DNA of 61,555 nucleotides, the filler included, from an uncultured bacterium (GTDB lineage: Bacteria > Auribacterota > CAZIXI01): the NCBI GenBank assembly GCA_964543115.1. It is 6 parts of 6 records of this genome, joined end to end, with 100 filler letters (N's around TTAATTAATTAA, not from the genome) between each part and the next. Parts side by side here need not be neighbours in the genome. Positions count along the whole stretch, not along the records: positions 1 to 10,327 come from CAZIXI010000116.1; 5 more parts are not named here. One strand, given 5' to 3'. The position numbers and the translations under genes were made by a program. Below are positions 1 to 8,985 of the stretch, piece by piece (positions within the stretch are counted from its first letter, which is position 1; every line of letters starts with the position of its first letter). The notes under the pieces are model-generated. The model saw only the letters and a program-made list of their open reading frames with translations, was not told where the DNA came from and did no database searches.

Positions 1-2978
1 TGCTGTTGTTTCTTCAGGGCGGCCAGGCGCCGTTTTTCTTGCAGCTGTTTTTGTTCTAAATATTCAGTTTCCAGCTGGGCCAGGCGTTTTTGCTCTGCCT
101 GCTGTTTCTTCTTTTCTTCTTTTTGTGCCCTGGCGAGTAGCTGTTGCCGTTGTTTTTCTTCTTGTCGTTTTAACGCTTCTTTTTCTTTTTTTAGTTGGGC
201 TAAATTTTTTTCGTCTTTTGCTGGCAGAGTTTTTTTGGCTGTTTGTTCTTTCGTGGAAGGTAGTTGTTGTTTTTTAAGCTTAGCGAGGCGTTTTTCTTCT
301 TCCCGTTTCTTCTTCTCTTCCTCTTTCTTTTTCTGGGCGAGCTTCGCTCGCAGTTTCTCCTGGCGTTTGCGTTCTTTTTCCTGTTGGCGCTGTTCTTCTT
401 TCAGGGCGGCCAGGAGCTGTTTTTCTTCCAGTTGCTTTTGCCGTTTCTGTTCTTTTACGAGTTGGGCGAGGCGTTTTGCTTCTGCCCGTTTCTTTCCTTC
501 TTCTATTTCTTTTTTCTTGGCGAGCTTCGCTCGTAACTGGAGCTGGCGTTTGTGTTTTTCCTGCAGCTGCTGTTCTTTCTCCTTTTCTTTTTCGGCCTGG
601 GCCAGTCGCTTTTGTTTTTCTTTGTCCTTGTTAGATTCATTGTCGGCGGTGCTTTTTTGAGCCGTTGCTTTTGCGCTGACGATTGATATACTTGGCCGGT
701 GCCGTTCTTTATGACGCAGACGGCTTCTTCTTGCTTGTCTGCCGGTGTCTGTTTTTGAGGTTTTGGCGGCAAGTTGTTTTGGCTTTTCTTTTTTTGGTTC
801 CGCGGAAGAAATAACAGGTTTTTTCTCGGCGGGAGTAGTTTTTGTTTTTGCTTCAGGAATAACTGCGGCTTTTTTTGGTTTTACCTGGGCAAGTTGCCGG
901 GGCGGGATGCTTGTTTGCCGGGTGGTCTTTTTGCGTATATCCCGCCGTAGTTTGGCCATTTTCAGGTTCAGAGGAGGGGGGGGGATATAATAAGGCCGTT
1001 TAGGCGCGGGTTCGCCGGTGGCATTAAAATATCCGTTTACTCCGATAGTTTTATTCATTTTTGCGACTGATGTGTAGTAACCGGCTACTGCTTGTTGATG
1101 GCTTGTTTTAGTGTCAGATAATTTTACTCTGGTACGCAACAGATCGTTTGTTGAGGCCAGGTTAAGATCACGGTGGGCGGAAACGATGGCCAGCTCTACT
1201 TCACCCAGGCGCAGTTTTGTCTTTGAGGCATCCAGCTGGTAAATTGCTTTTTCATATTCGTAGAAATCCTGTTTTACCTCAAAGTGGATGGATTTTTCCA
1301 GCTTGTGCAGTTCATCCTTGGCCTTTTCCAGATTAACCCGGGCCTCAGTCAGGCTGGTATAACCGGTATTATCAAAAAGGCGCAAAGTAGTCGTGATGCT
1401 TTGAAATTGTGTGCTGGTTGTCTGCCCGGCAGAAGGCACCTTATCTTGTGAAACAAAAGATTCTTCTAATGTATTTAACCAGATCGGGATACTGCCCTTT
1501 AGGCCCACATACCATTCATTTTTCAACTTGAGGTCTTCGGTGATAAAAACTTCATCTTTAAGACCGGTTCCTCCGGTAAGATCTACTTTCAGCCGGTTGT
1601 GGCTTTTCCCGATAAGATAACCATATTTATTAAATTTTAACAGGTATCTTTTAACCAGGAGATCAGGTCTATTTTCCAGGGCCAGCTGCAGGCATTCAGT
1701 GGGATCAATGTCCAATGGTTTGGGTATGGCCAATCCGGGAACATCGATGGCTCTTATTTGCGGGTCGATGTTAAGTGTTTGGTAAAGAGTAAGATAAGCA
1801 AGGATAAGGTCTTTCTGGCTGGAGAGAATCTTGTATTCAGTTTCCTGATATAAGTTTCTTACATTTAAAAAATCAATTTCTCTGATCAGGCCATGATCAT
1901 ATTCTTTTTGGCCCATCTGGTAGTCTTGTTTGGCCAGGGTAAGTAGTTCCAGCAGTTCACGGTAAATCTGTTTTGTTGAAGAGAGGATATTAAAGGCCTG
2001 TTCTACTTCATAAACCAGATCATTTTTGATCTTGTGGTAGTTTTTTCTGGAGACCCGCATGTTGGCCATGGATTGACGATAGGTGTTGATCAGGCGGCCG
2101 CCCTGATAGATTGGTTGTTGCAGTTCCAGATAAAATTCTCTTCCCTTAAAGTCCTCACCGGTGGTTGTTCCGCTGATCTCTTCCCACTTTAAGGAGGCGG
2201 CGGGGAAAAGCGCGCGGCGGGCATCTTTGGCTTTTTGACCGGCTAATTTTACTTCTTTTTTTGCTACGTTCAATGAGATGCTGTTATCGAGGGCCATTTG
2301 AATGCATTCATTCAAAGTAACCATTTGGATAGGCAGTCCTTCAGCCGTGATCATTTCCGGGCCAATAGGGCCCGGCCGTTCTAATTCTATTTTTAATTCT
2401 TCTGGCGGTGTTTCTTTTCCTCTTAGCAGTGAAGGAGCGACTTCTTCTTTTGCGGGAATAGGTTGAACTTCTGGCACCCTTTCCTTGGCTCTTTCAATAT
2501 AGCGCAGGGCCTGGGTGTTAGTGGGGTCAAGGGCCAGGACTTTTTTCCAGACAGCAATTGCTTCTGCAAATTTTTCCTGCCGGTAATACTGTTTGCCTTC
2601 GGCCAGATAATTATTGATTTGTTGTGACTGATTCCCGCTTGGGGGTGATACTGTTTTTTTCGGTTCCGGGGGAGCAGCAGGCGGGCGTGGTGCTTCTGGT
2701 TCCCTGATTTTTTCTTTTACTCTTTCAATATAACGCCGGGCCTGGGCATTATCCGGTTCAAGTTCAAGCACCTTCTCCCAGCTGGCCAGGGCCTCGCGGA
2801 ATTTTTCCTGCCGGTAGAAACTTTTTCCTTCCGTCAATAATTCCTGGATTTGCTGGCTTTTATCCGGGATGGTGGTCTGAGCCCAGCCAACGGGACAAAC
2901 AGACGTGAAAGAAAATGTCAGCAATATAAGGTAAGTTGCGATATATGAAAAATATTTATTTATTACTTTTAACTTCAT
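1..2978 (-). CDS. Secreted protein: signal peptide, 2 TPR modules, TolC/outer-membrane efflux domain, long K/E/Q/R-rich coiled-coil tail; runs off the window start (>992 aa)
   Basis: Missing from the ORF track because there is no stop in the window. ATG at 2978 reads MKLKVINKYFSYIATYLILLTFSFTSVCPVGWAQ; TPR EGKSFYRQEKFREALASWEKVLELEPDN; TolC-like VTLNECIQMALDNS at ~2320. Frame spot-checked at positions 3-60, 963-1001 and 2283-2325. Confidence 0.85.
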   Translation of the reverse strand, partial: MKLKVINKYFSYIATYLILLTFSFTSVCPVGWAQTTIPDKSQQIQELLTEGKSFYRQEKFREALASWEKVLELEPDNAQARRYIERVKEKIREPEAPRPPAAPPEPKKTVSPPSGNQSQQINNYLAEGKQYYRQEKFAEAIAVWKKVLALDPTNTQALRYIERAKERVPEVQPIPAKEEVAPSLLRGKETPPEELKIELERPGPIGPEMITAEGLPIQMVTLNECIQMALDNSISLNVAKKEVKLAGQKAKDARRALFPAASLKWEEISGTTTGEDFKGREFYLELQQPIYQGGRLINTYRQSMANMRVSRKNYHKIKNDLVYEVEQAFNILSSTKQIYRELLELLTLAKQDYQMGQKEYDHGLIREIDFLNVRNLYQETEYKILSSQKDLILAYLTLYQTLNIDPQIRAIDVPGLAIPKPLDIDPTECLQLALENRPDLLVKRYLLKFNKYGYLIGKSHNRLKVDLTGGTGLKDEVFITEDLKLKNEWYVGLKGSIPIWLNTLEESFVSQDKVPSAGQTTSTQFQSITTTLRLFDNTGYTSLTEARVNLEKAKDELHKLEKSIHFEVKQDFYEYEKAIYQLDASKTKLRLGEVELAIVSAHRDLNLASTNDLLRTRVKLSDTKTSHQQAVAGYYTSVAKMNKTIGVNGYFNATGEPAPKRPYYIPPPPLNLKMAKLRRDIRKKTTRQTSIPPRQLAQVKPKKAAVIPEAKTKTTPAEKKPVISSAEPKKEKPKQLAAKTSKTDTGRQARRSRLRHKERHRPSISIVSAKATAQKSTADNESNKDKEKQKRLAQAEKEKEKEQQLQEKHKRQLQLRAKLAKKKEIEEGKKRAEAKRLAQLVKEQKRQKQLEEKQLLAALKEEQRQQEKERKRQEKLRAKLAQKKKEEEKKKREEEKRLAKLKKQQLPSTKEQTAKKTLPAKDEKNLAQLKKEKEALKRQEEKQRQQLLARAQKEEKKKQQAEQKRLAQLETEYLEQKQLQEKRRLAALKKQQ

Positions 2979-2988
2979 ATTGCTGTAT

Positions 2989-3018
2989 ATTTTACAGTAT
3001 TATATATATATATGTCAA
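2989..3018 (-). promoter_or_regulatory. Putative sigma70 promoter TTGACA-N18-TAAAAT with a (TA)6 tract in the spacer
   Basis: Minus-strand TTGACA at 3018-3013 and TAAAAT at 2994-2989, just upstream of the ATG at 2978. Confidence 0.5.
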
Positions 3019-3058
3019 TCTTGTTTTTACAGGTTGAGTGTTTTAATTATCAATTCTA

Positions 3059-3087
3059 TTGACATAAAGTGAATATTTACAGATAAT
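3059..3087 (+). promoter_or_regulatory. Putative sigma70 promoter TTGACA-N17-GATAAT
   Basis: Perfect -35, 17-bp spacer and 5/6 -10, upstream of the SD GGAGG and the ATG at 3144. Confidence 0.6.
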
Positions 3088-3143
3088 AAAAGATTGGTTT
3101 GTGACAAATACCGGTTTTTTATACCGAACTAAAGGAGGCAGGA

Positions 3144-3728
3144 ATGATTAGGAAAACTTTTTTTGCTGTAGTGATAATAGTGGTTTGTCTTATTTCTTTG
3201 TTGGTGCTTGCCGAGGAAGATGTTGTTGTTGAGGAAAAAGTGACCGCGGAAGAGATGGACATGGAATTGCCGCCAGCTATACAGGAGATGCTTGATCGGG
3301 AATTAGAGAAACTTCCTCCTGTCGAGAGGCATTTCCGCAAGGCCCAGGATTATCATGCCCGGGGAAAATTGACTGAAGCTATTGCGGAACTAAACCTGGC
3401 GTTGAAGGAAGATCCTAAGCATGTACCTAGTAATTGTGAGTTGGGTGTTATTTACATGGGCCAGGAAGATTATTCCAAGGCCATTGAACAGTTGCAGAAG
3501 ACTTTGAAATTGGATCCTTCGTATCCGAAAACCCACTATGCCCTGGCTAATGCTTATGCCCGGAAACCGGATCCTGATCTGGTTCAGGCCCGGAAGGAAT
3601 TGAATGAAGCAATAAAGCTTGGTTATCATCCGGTTCCCTGGTTTGTTGAATATCTGGAGAGACAGGAAAAGGAAAAAGGTATTGTTCCGGTAGAAGCCGC
3701 AGCGACAGAATCTCCAGTTAACGAATAA
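3144..3728 (+). CDS. Secreted/membrane-anchored tetratricopeptide repeat protein
   Basis: Hydrophobic N-terminus, three TPR-like repeats, SD GGAGG. Confidence 0.85.
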   Translation: MIRKTFFAVVIIVVCLISLLVLAEEDVVVEEKVTAEEMDMELPPAIQEMLDRELEKLPPVERHFRKAQDYHARGKLTEAIAELNLALKEDPKHVPSNCELGVIYMGQEDYSKAIEQLQKTLKLDPSYPKTHYALANAYARKPDPDLVQARKELNEAIKLGYHPVPWFVEYLERQEKEKGIVPVEAAATESPVNE

Positions 3729-3767
3729 CAAAAAGTCGATAGTGAGCTAGGCTCGTAGGTGAAAAAA

Positions 3768-3849
3768 GCCCAGGTGGTGGAACTGGCATACACGTACGTT
3801 TAAGGGGCGTATGGCGCAAGCCTTGCGGGTTCAAATCCCGCCCTGGGCA
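3768..3849 (+). tRNA. tRNA-Leu, anticodon AAG (3802-3804), CCA not encoded
   Basis: Acceptor GCCCAGG/CCTGGGC, discriminator A, D-stem GTG/CAC, anticodon stem TACGT/GCGTA with loop TTAAGGG, long variable arm GGC-GCAA-GCC, T-arm GCGGG-TTCAAAT-CCCGC. Confidence 0.93.
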
Positions 3850-3865
3850 CGTTTAAAGTGACATA

Positions 3866-3932
3866 GCAGTCTATAACCATTCCTATAATGGCAGCCCCGC
3901 GAAGCGGGGCAGTCCCAGGCGAAGCCTGGGAT
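3866..3932 (+). repeat. REP-like element family X, copy A (two GC-GAA-GC hairpins)
   Basis: Core CAGTCTATAACCATTCCTATAATGGCAG matches 24789-24816 at all but one position; hairpins GCCCCGC-GAA-GCGGGGC and TCCCAGGC-GAA-GCCTGGGA. Confidence 0.8.
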
Positions 3933-4005
3933 GACCAAGTGACTTCTAGCGAATGATTATCGTTTTATCCACTTTGTCACTCTGTCACTGAAAAAGGGGG
4001 TTTTT

Positions 4006-4260
4006 ATGGAGGAGATTGAAGTCGGTAAAGTGACCCATTATTTCGGGCATCTGGCTGTGGCGGCAATTGATGTTACTGGTGAGATTAAAGTAGGTGATAC
4101 GATTCACATTAAAGGCCACACCTCGGATTTTACCGAAAAGGTAGACAGTATTCAGGTGGAGCATGCCTCGGTCACTATTGCTAAAGCAGGAGACAAGATT
4201 GGTCTTAAGGTTAAGGAACACGCCCGGGAACATGATGTGGTTTACAAAATAGTTGCATAA
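4006..4260 (+). CDS. Translation elongation factor-like small beta-barrel protein
   Basis: EVGKVTHYFGHLAVAAI...GDTIHIKGHTSDF...GDKIGLKV, typical of this family. Confidence 0.8.
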   Translation: MEEIEVGKVTHYFGHLAVAAIDVTGEIKVGDTIHIKGHTSDFTEKVDSIQVEHASVTIAKAGDKIGLKVKEHAREHDVVYKIVA

Positions 4261-4297
4261 TCTTGACCCCAATAAGTGCCCGGAGGGCACATTTTAT

Positions 4298-4807
4298 ATG
4301 GAAGAACTCTGGTATACCAGTATCCCCAGATTGATCACAATAATGGTTGCTGTTTCTTTGGTGCTGATTGCTCTTTATGGATTGTTGTTTTATCCCTTGG
4401 TGCGGCGGTTCCGAAAAGAGGAGCAAATGGTCAACTATGAAAGTGAGCGCCAAACCATTCTTCCCTATGGGGAACGACGAATTTATCCCCGTAGTAGTCT
4501 GGATATGGGTATTCGTTACCGGCCATATGGCAAAGAGGGACAGATTCAGATTTTCAGGGAAGGACGGACAGGCAATATCAGTGAAGGCGGAGTTCATTTA
4601 GAGGCCGGTGAACTGTTGACGGTTGATAGCAGGGTGGAATTGAAGTTAAAGTTGCCGGCAACCGCGCGGTTTATTCTTGTGCGCGGCAAAATTATTTGGG
4701 TTAAAGAACTGGTTGCTGATAAATGGTATGGCTATGGGGTGTCTTTTACGGAAATAGATCCCAACGATCGCAAGCTGATTGCCAAATATGTCGCGGAGAA
4801 AAGGTAA
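4298..4807 (+). CDS. PilZ-domain (c-di-GMP receptor) protein with N-terminal TM helix
   Basis: ERRIYPR (RxxxR) and NISEGG (D/NxSxxG) motifs; start moved to ATG 4298 after GGAGG. Confidence 0.85.
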   Translation: MEELWYTSIPRLITIMVAVSLVLIALYGLLFYPLVRRFRKEEQMVNYESERQTILPYGERRIYPRSSLDMGIRYRPYGKEGQIQIFREGRTGNISEGGVHLEAGELLTVDSRVELKLKLPATARFILVRGKIIWVKELVADKWYGYGVSFTEIDPNDRKLIAKYVAEKR

Positions 4808-4830
4808 GTCATATATAGGAGGTTATTACT

Positions 4831-4989
4831 ATGGCTAAAGCAAAAAAGAAAAAAGAAACAAAAAAGCCTTCTCCCAGTCACATTCAGGATATTTTTCCGG
4901 CGAAAAAAAGAGGGCCGAAACTTTTAGGGCACAAAGAGCGGGATAAAAGGCCGCACTTTAAAAGCTTTAAATCGCCGGGAGAGAAATAG
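4831..4989 (+). CDS. 52-aa highly basic small protein (below the ORF-track cutoff)
   Basis: SD AGGAGG upstream; MAKAKKKKETKKPSPSHIQDIFPAKKRGPKLLGHKERDKRPHFKSFKSPGEK; its TAG overlaps the SD of psd. Confidence 0.6.
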   Translation: MAKAKKKKETKKPSPSHIQDIFPAKKRGPKLLGHKERDKRPHFKSFKSPGEK

Positions 4990-4999
4990 GAGGAGTGTT

Positions 5000-5635
5000 T
5001 TGCAGTTCCCCGTTGCTAAAGAAGGTTTTTCTTTTATTATTCTTTCCCTCGGCCTGTGTCTGCTTGCTTTTGGGAGCGGGTTATGGTTTCTGGGCATTGA
5101 TTTTGTTGTTTTATGTGCTTTTATGATATTCTTTTTCCGTCAACCATATCGGTCTTCACTGTCGGAGCCCGATAAGGTTTATGCTCCGGCTGACGGGAAA
5201 ATAATCCGAATCGCGGAAGAATACGAGCCGGAGATATTTAAGTCAGCAGTAACAAGAATAAGTATTTTCATGAGCGTTTTTAATGTTCATATTAATTATG
5301 CGCCTATAAGCGGAGAAGTTACTTATGTAAGGCATGCCCGGGGCAGTTTTAAACGGGCGGACCAGCTGGTGGAAAAGGAAACGAATGAGAATAATCTCCT
5401 GGGGATCAGAAATGATTCCGGACAGATAGCGGTGCGGCAGGTTGCCGGATTGATTGCCAGGAGAATAGTCTGTGATTGCCGGTCGGGGGATCAATTGACA
5501 GCCGGAAAGAGATTTGGTATGGTTAAATTCGGTTCCCGCGTGGATGTGTTTCTGCCCAGTGATTGGCAGGTCGATGTATCTCTGGGGCAAACGGTAAGGG
5601 GGGTTAAAACGGTGATCGCGAGGAGGAAGGTTTGA
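5000..5635 (+). CDS. psd: Phosphatidylserine decarboxylase proenzyme (short type)
   Basis: APADG, IFMSVFNVHINYAP, QVAGLIARRI and the GMVKFGSRVD self-cleavage motif. Confidence 0.93.
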   Translation: MQFPVAKEGFSFIILSLGLCLLAFGSGLWFLGIDFVVLCAFMIFFFRQPYRSSLSEPDKVYAPADGKIIRIAEEYEPEIFKSAVTRISIFMSVFNVHINYAPISGEVTYVRHARGSFKRADQLVEKETNENNLLGIRNDSGQIAVRQVAGLIARRIVCDCRSGDQLTAGKRFGMVKFGSRVDVFLPSDWQVDVSLGQTVRGVKTVIARRKV

Positions 5636-6384
5636 AAAAAGTAGATATATTACCAAGTTTACTGACTACGTGTAATCTTTTTTGCGGTGTTTACGCGATA
5701 TTGATGGCGCTTGGTGACCGGCTGCCGTTTGCTGCCCGGTTTATTCTGATCGCCATGTTCTTTGATTTTTTTGACGGTTTGGTTGCCCGGTTAAAAAAGG
5801 CAACGACGAAGTTTGGTCAGGAGTATGATTCTCTGGCGGATCTGGTTAGTTTTGGTGTAGCTCCCGCTATTATGATTTACCTTGCCGCATTGCGTAATGC
5901 CGGTCGTCTGGGTATGGGAGTAGTGTTCATTTATGTTGCCTGTACGGCCTTGCGCCTGGCCCGCTTTAATATCCAAAAAGTATCTGTCCAGAAAAGATAT
6001 TTCTTGGGGATGCCCACACCGGCTGCCGCCGGTTGTGTGGCCAGTGTGCTCCTCTTTAATAGCGCGCATCCGTTACCCTTTGCTAACATTTTTCTGCCGC
6101 TCCTGGCTATTTTGCTTTCGTTTCTAATGGTCAGCACATTTAAGTATCCGGCAATCGGCATGCTTAACTTGAGTAAAAAGAAGCCGTTTATTAATTTGGT
6201 GATAGTTATCCTTTGTGGGGCGATTGCCCTGTTTCAGTTGGAATTGTTTCTACTCTTATGTTTTTCAGCGTATCTTGTTCTCGGGCTCATTGGCGGCCGG
6301 CGCTGGGAAGAGGAAGTTGCTCCCGGCCTGAGTAAATCTGGTTGGGAGAATACCTATTCGCGCATTGATAAAGGAGCAGAGTAA
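5632..6384 (+). CDS. pssA: CDP-diacylglycerol--serine O-phosphatidyltransferase
   Basis: DGLVAR...G..YDSLADLVSFGVAPA CDP-alcohol phosphotransferase motif; overlaps psd. Confidence 0.93.
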   Translation: MKKVDILPSLLTTCNLFCGVYAILMALGDRLPFAARFILIAMFFDFFDGLVARLKKATTKFGQEYDSLADLVSFGVAPAIMIYLAALRNAGRLGMGVVFIYVACTALRLARFNIQKVSVQKRYFLGMPTPAAAGCVASVLLFNSAHPLPFANIFLPLLAILLSFLMVSTFKYPAIGMLNLSKKKPFINLVIVILCGAIALFQLELFLLLCFSAYLVLGLIGGRRWEEEVAPGLSKSGWENTYSRIDKGAE

Positions 6385-7508
6385 TGAAATGGCCAAAGAG
6401 ATTGTTGTTAGTCGTGGGTGTAATTGTTATTATTACTGGTTTAGTCTATGGTTTTTTGGCCTATAAGAAATATGAGATAAAACAAAAATTGGTTCAGGCC
6501 CGGGCATGTTTCCAGGAGGGTCAGTTTAGTGCTGCCTTAAATTATCTGCAGGTGGTGGAGAAAAAAAGCCCGCAGACTGCCGAAGGGATAGAGGCCTTAT
6601 ATCTTCTGGGTGAATGTTATCTTAATTTGGATCAATTGGAACCGGCGCGTCTTTGCTGGGAAAAATTGCATGGATTGGCTGGCGCTGAGGGCTATCAGGC
6701 GGAATGCCTCTATCGGTTAGCCGCAATAGCGGCTGCCGGAGAAAATATACATAAAGCTCAAAAGTATTATGAAAAGCTTATTGCCGATTATCCCCAGTCT
6801 GCTCTTGTGGATGATGCCTTATGGGATTTGGCGCAGATATATAAAGAACAGAAGGAATTGTTAAAGGCCAAAGAATATCTGAGTAGGATAATTGAGCAAT
6901 ATCCGGGCAGTAATCTGGTTGCTTCCGCGCAACAGGGCTTGGGGGATATTAACATAAGCATTTTATTCTCGCCGATGATCATCCCGGGGAGTGAACAGTA
7001 TATTGTTCAGAAAGGTGATACCCTGGCTACGATTGCCGCCCGTTTCAAGACTAATGTCCCTTTGCTTAAACGTTGCAATAATCTGAAATCAGATTTTATT
7101 AAGCCGGGTCAACCGCTAAAAGTTGTAACGGCAAAATTTTCTATTGCAGTCGATAAATCACGTAATACCATGTTATTGAAGCAGGATGAGCAGGTATTGA
7201 AGATCTATCCCGTTGGTAGTGGTGTCGAGGGATGCACGCCTGCCGGTGATTTTGTGATTACCAATAAAATGATTAATCCTCCCTGGTACAAGTCCGGAGA
7301 AGGTGTCGTGCCTTATGGTGATCCGCGTAATGTTCTGGGTACCCGCTGGCTGGGTTTTGATCTGGCCGGCTATGGGATCCATGGCACCTGGGAACCGGAG
7401 AGTATTGGCAAACAAAGCAGTGCCGGTTGTATTCGTTTGCTTAATGAGGATGTAGAAGAGTTATATGCGATTGTGCCCACCGGCACAATCGTGACCATTG
7501 TTGAATAG
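6384..7508 (+). CDS. TPR-LysM-L,D-transpeptidase (YkuD family)
   Basis: N-terminal TM, TPRs, LysM YIVQKGDTLATIA, catalytic YGIHGT...SAGCIRL. Confidence 0.9.
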   Translation: MKWPKRLLLVVGVIVIITGLVYGFLAYKKYEIKQKLVQARACFQEGQFSAALNYLQVVEKKSPQTAEGIEALYLLGECYLNLDQLEPARLCWEKLHGLAGAEGYQAECLYRLAAIAAAGENIHKAQKYYEKLIADYPQSALVDDALWDLAQIYKEQKELLKAKEYLSRIIEQYPGSNLVASAQQGLGDINISILFSPMIIPGSEQYIVQKGDTLATIAARFKTNVPLLKRCNNLKSDFIKPGQPLKVVTAKFSIAVDKSRNTMLLKQDEQVLKIYPVGSGVEGCTPAGDFVITNKMINPPWYKSGEGVVPYGDPRNVLGTRWLGFDLAGYGIHGTWEPESIGKQSSAGCIRLLNEDVEELYAIVPTGTIVTIVE

Positions 7509-7517
7509 AAGGTAAGC

Positions 7518-8537
7518 ATGAACGGTACAGGCCTGGATTTCGAAAAACCAATATTGGAATTGGAACGTAAGATTGAGGAATTGAAACATTTCTCTGATTC
7601 CCAGCAGATAGATGTCAGTCAGGAAATAAAACGGCTGGAGAAAAAAGCGGTTCAGATCAAAAAAGAGATTTTCAGCAATCTTACGCCCTGGCAGCGCGTG
7701 CAGGTTGCCCGCCATCCACAGCGTCCTTACACGCTTGATTACATCCGGCAATTAACCAAAGGATTTATTGAGTTACACGGGGACAGGTCTTTCAGTGATG
7801 ATAAGGCGATTGTCGGCGGGATAGCGGAACTGGAAGGTGTTCCCGTAATGCTGATTGGTCAACAGAAGGGCCGGGATACAAAAGAAAATCTCTTACGTAA
7901 TTTTGGGATGCCTCATCCCGAGGGTTATCGTAAGGCCCTGCGTCTTGCCCGCCTGGCGGAAAAGTTTCAATTACCGGTTATCTGTTTCATTGATACCCCG
8001 GGCGCCTATCCGGGGATCGGCGCGGAAGAACGCGGCCAGGCCCATATCATTGCCGAAAATCAGATGTATATGAGCAAACTTCGTACCCCGATTGTTATTG
8101 TTGTAATTGGGGAAGGGGGCAGCGGCGGCGCTTTAGGCATTGGGGTCGGGGATGTGGTGCTTATTCTGGAACATGCCTATTATTCGGTTATTTCCCCGGA
8201 GGGCTGCGCGGCAATTCTCTGGAAAGACCGGGCCAAGGCACCGGAAGCAGCCGCGGCCCTGAAACTTACGGGGCAGGATTTGCATAAATTAGGGATTGTT
8301 GACCGGATTGTGGCTGAACCTCTGGGCGGCGCTCATCGCTCCCCGGCGGAGATGGCCAAAATATTAGGAAAATATCTATTAGAAGAGATAAATAGACTTA
8401 AAAGTAAACCAATCGCGGAATTAGTTGCAGAGCGTTACCAGCGCTTTCGGAGGCTGGGCCGGTTTGTGGAGTCAATGCCGGAACAAAAACAGGAAAAGGA
8501 ACAGGAACAGAATGACAATTCGCAAAGCCAGAATTAA
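7518..8537 (+). CDS. accA: Acetyl-CoA carboxylase carboxyltransferase subunit alpha
   Basis: [56 protein letters not shown]. Confidence 0.97.
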   Translation: MNGTGLDFEKPILELERKIEELKHFSDSQQIDVSQEIKRLEKKAVQIKKEIFSNLTPWQRVQVARHPQRPYTLDYIRQLTKGFIELHGDRSFSDDKAIVGGIAELEGVPVMLIGQQKGRDTKENLLRNFGMPHPEGYRKALRLARLAEKFQLPVICFIDTPGAYPGIGAEERGQAHIIAENQMYMSKLRTPIVIVVIGEGGSGGALGIGVGDVVLILEHAYYSVISPEGCAAILWKDRAKAPEAAAALKLTGQDLHKLGIVDRIVAEPLGGAHRSPAEMAKILGKYLLEEINRLKSKPIAELVAERYQRFRRLGRFVESMPEQKQEKEQEQNDNSQSQN

Positions 8538-8967
8538 GGATTCTATCCATATCCAGAATCTCATTCATCAATATGCCGATCAGGGTAAGATGCTGCCGCG
8601 GGCAATTAACGAGATCTACGAGAATATCCGCGATTTCTGGATCAAAGAAGACAAAGGTGAAATTGTCGGTTGTGTTGCCTTCCATGTAATTTGGGAGGAT
8701 CTGGGGGAGGTAAAAAGCCTGGCGGTCAGTGAAAAATATGCCAAGAAAGGGACCGGTAAACTGCTGCTGGAAAAATGTATTGCCGATGCCCGGGAGTTAG
8801 GTGTAGAGAAGATTTTTTCCCTGACCTATATCCCGGATTATTTTAAGAAATTCGGTTTTAAGGAAATCCCCAAAGATAAACTTCCCCACAAAATCTGGAG
8901 TGAGTGTATCCGCTGCCCGAAATTTCCTGATTGCGGTGAAGTCGCCCTGCTCTACGAAGTATCCTAA
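8512..8967 (+). CDS. GNAT N-acetyltransferase, short N-acetylglutamate synthase (ArgA-like)
   Basis: IRKARIKD...[16 protein letters not shown]...EVKSLAV...[17 protein letters not shown]; start moved to ATG 8512. Confidence 0.85.
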   Translation: MTIRKARIKDSIHIQNLIHQYADQGKMLPRAINEIYENIRDFWIKEDKGEIVGCVAFHVIWEDLGEVKSLAVSEKYAKKGTGKLLLEKCIADARELGVEKIFSLTYIPDYFKKFGFKEIPKDKLPHKIWSECIRCPKFPDCGEVALLYEVS

Positions 8968-8985
8968 GTTACAGAACCGGCATGT

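Noticed and set aside
235..990. Phe/Ser/Leu-rich plus-strand ORFs (235-660, 264-536, 745-990)
   Set aside because: Antisense shadows of the K/E/Q-rich tail of the minus-strand TolC fusion.
3800..3806. Reading the tRNA as Leu(TAA)
   Set aside because: That register leaves the anticodon stem unpaired and puts G at 37; only the AAG register folds.
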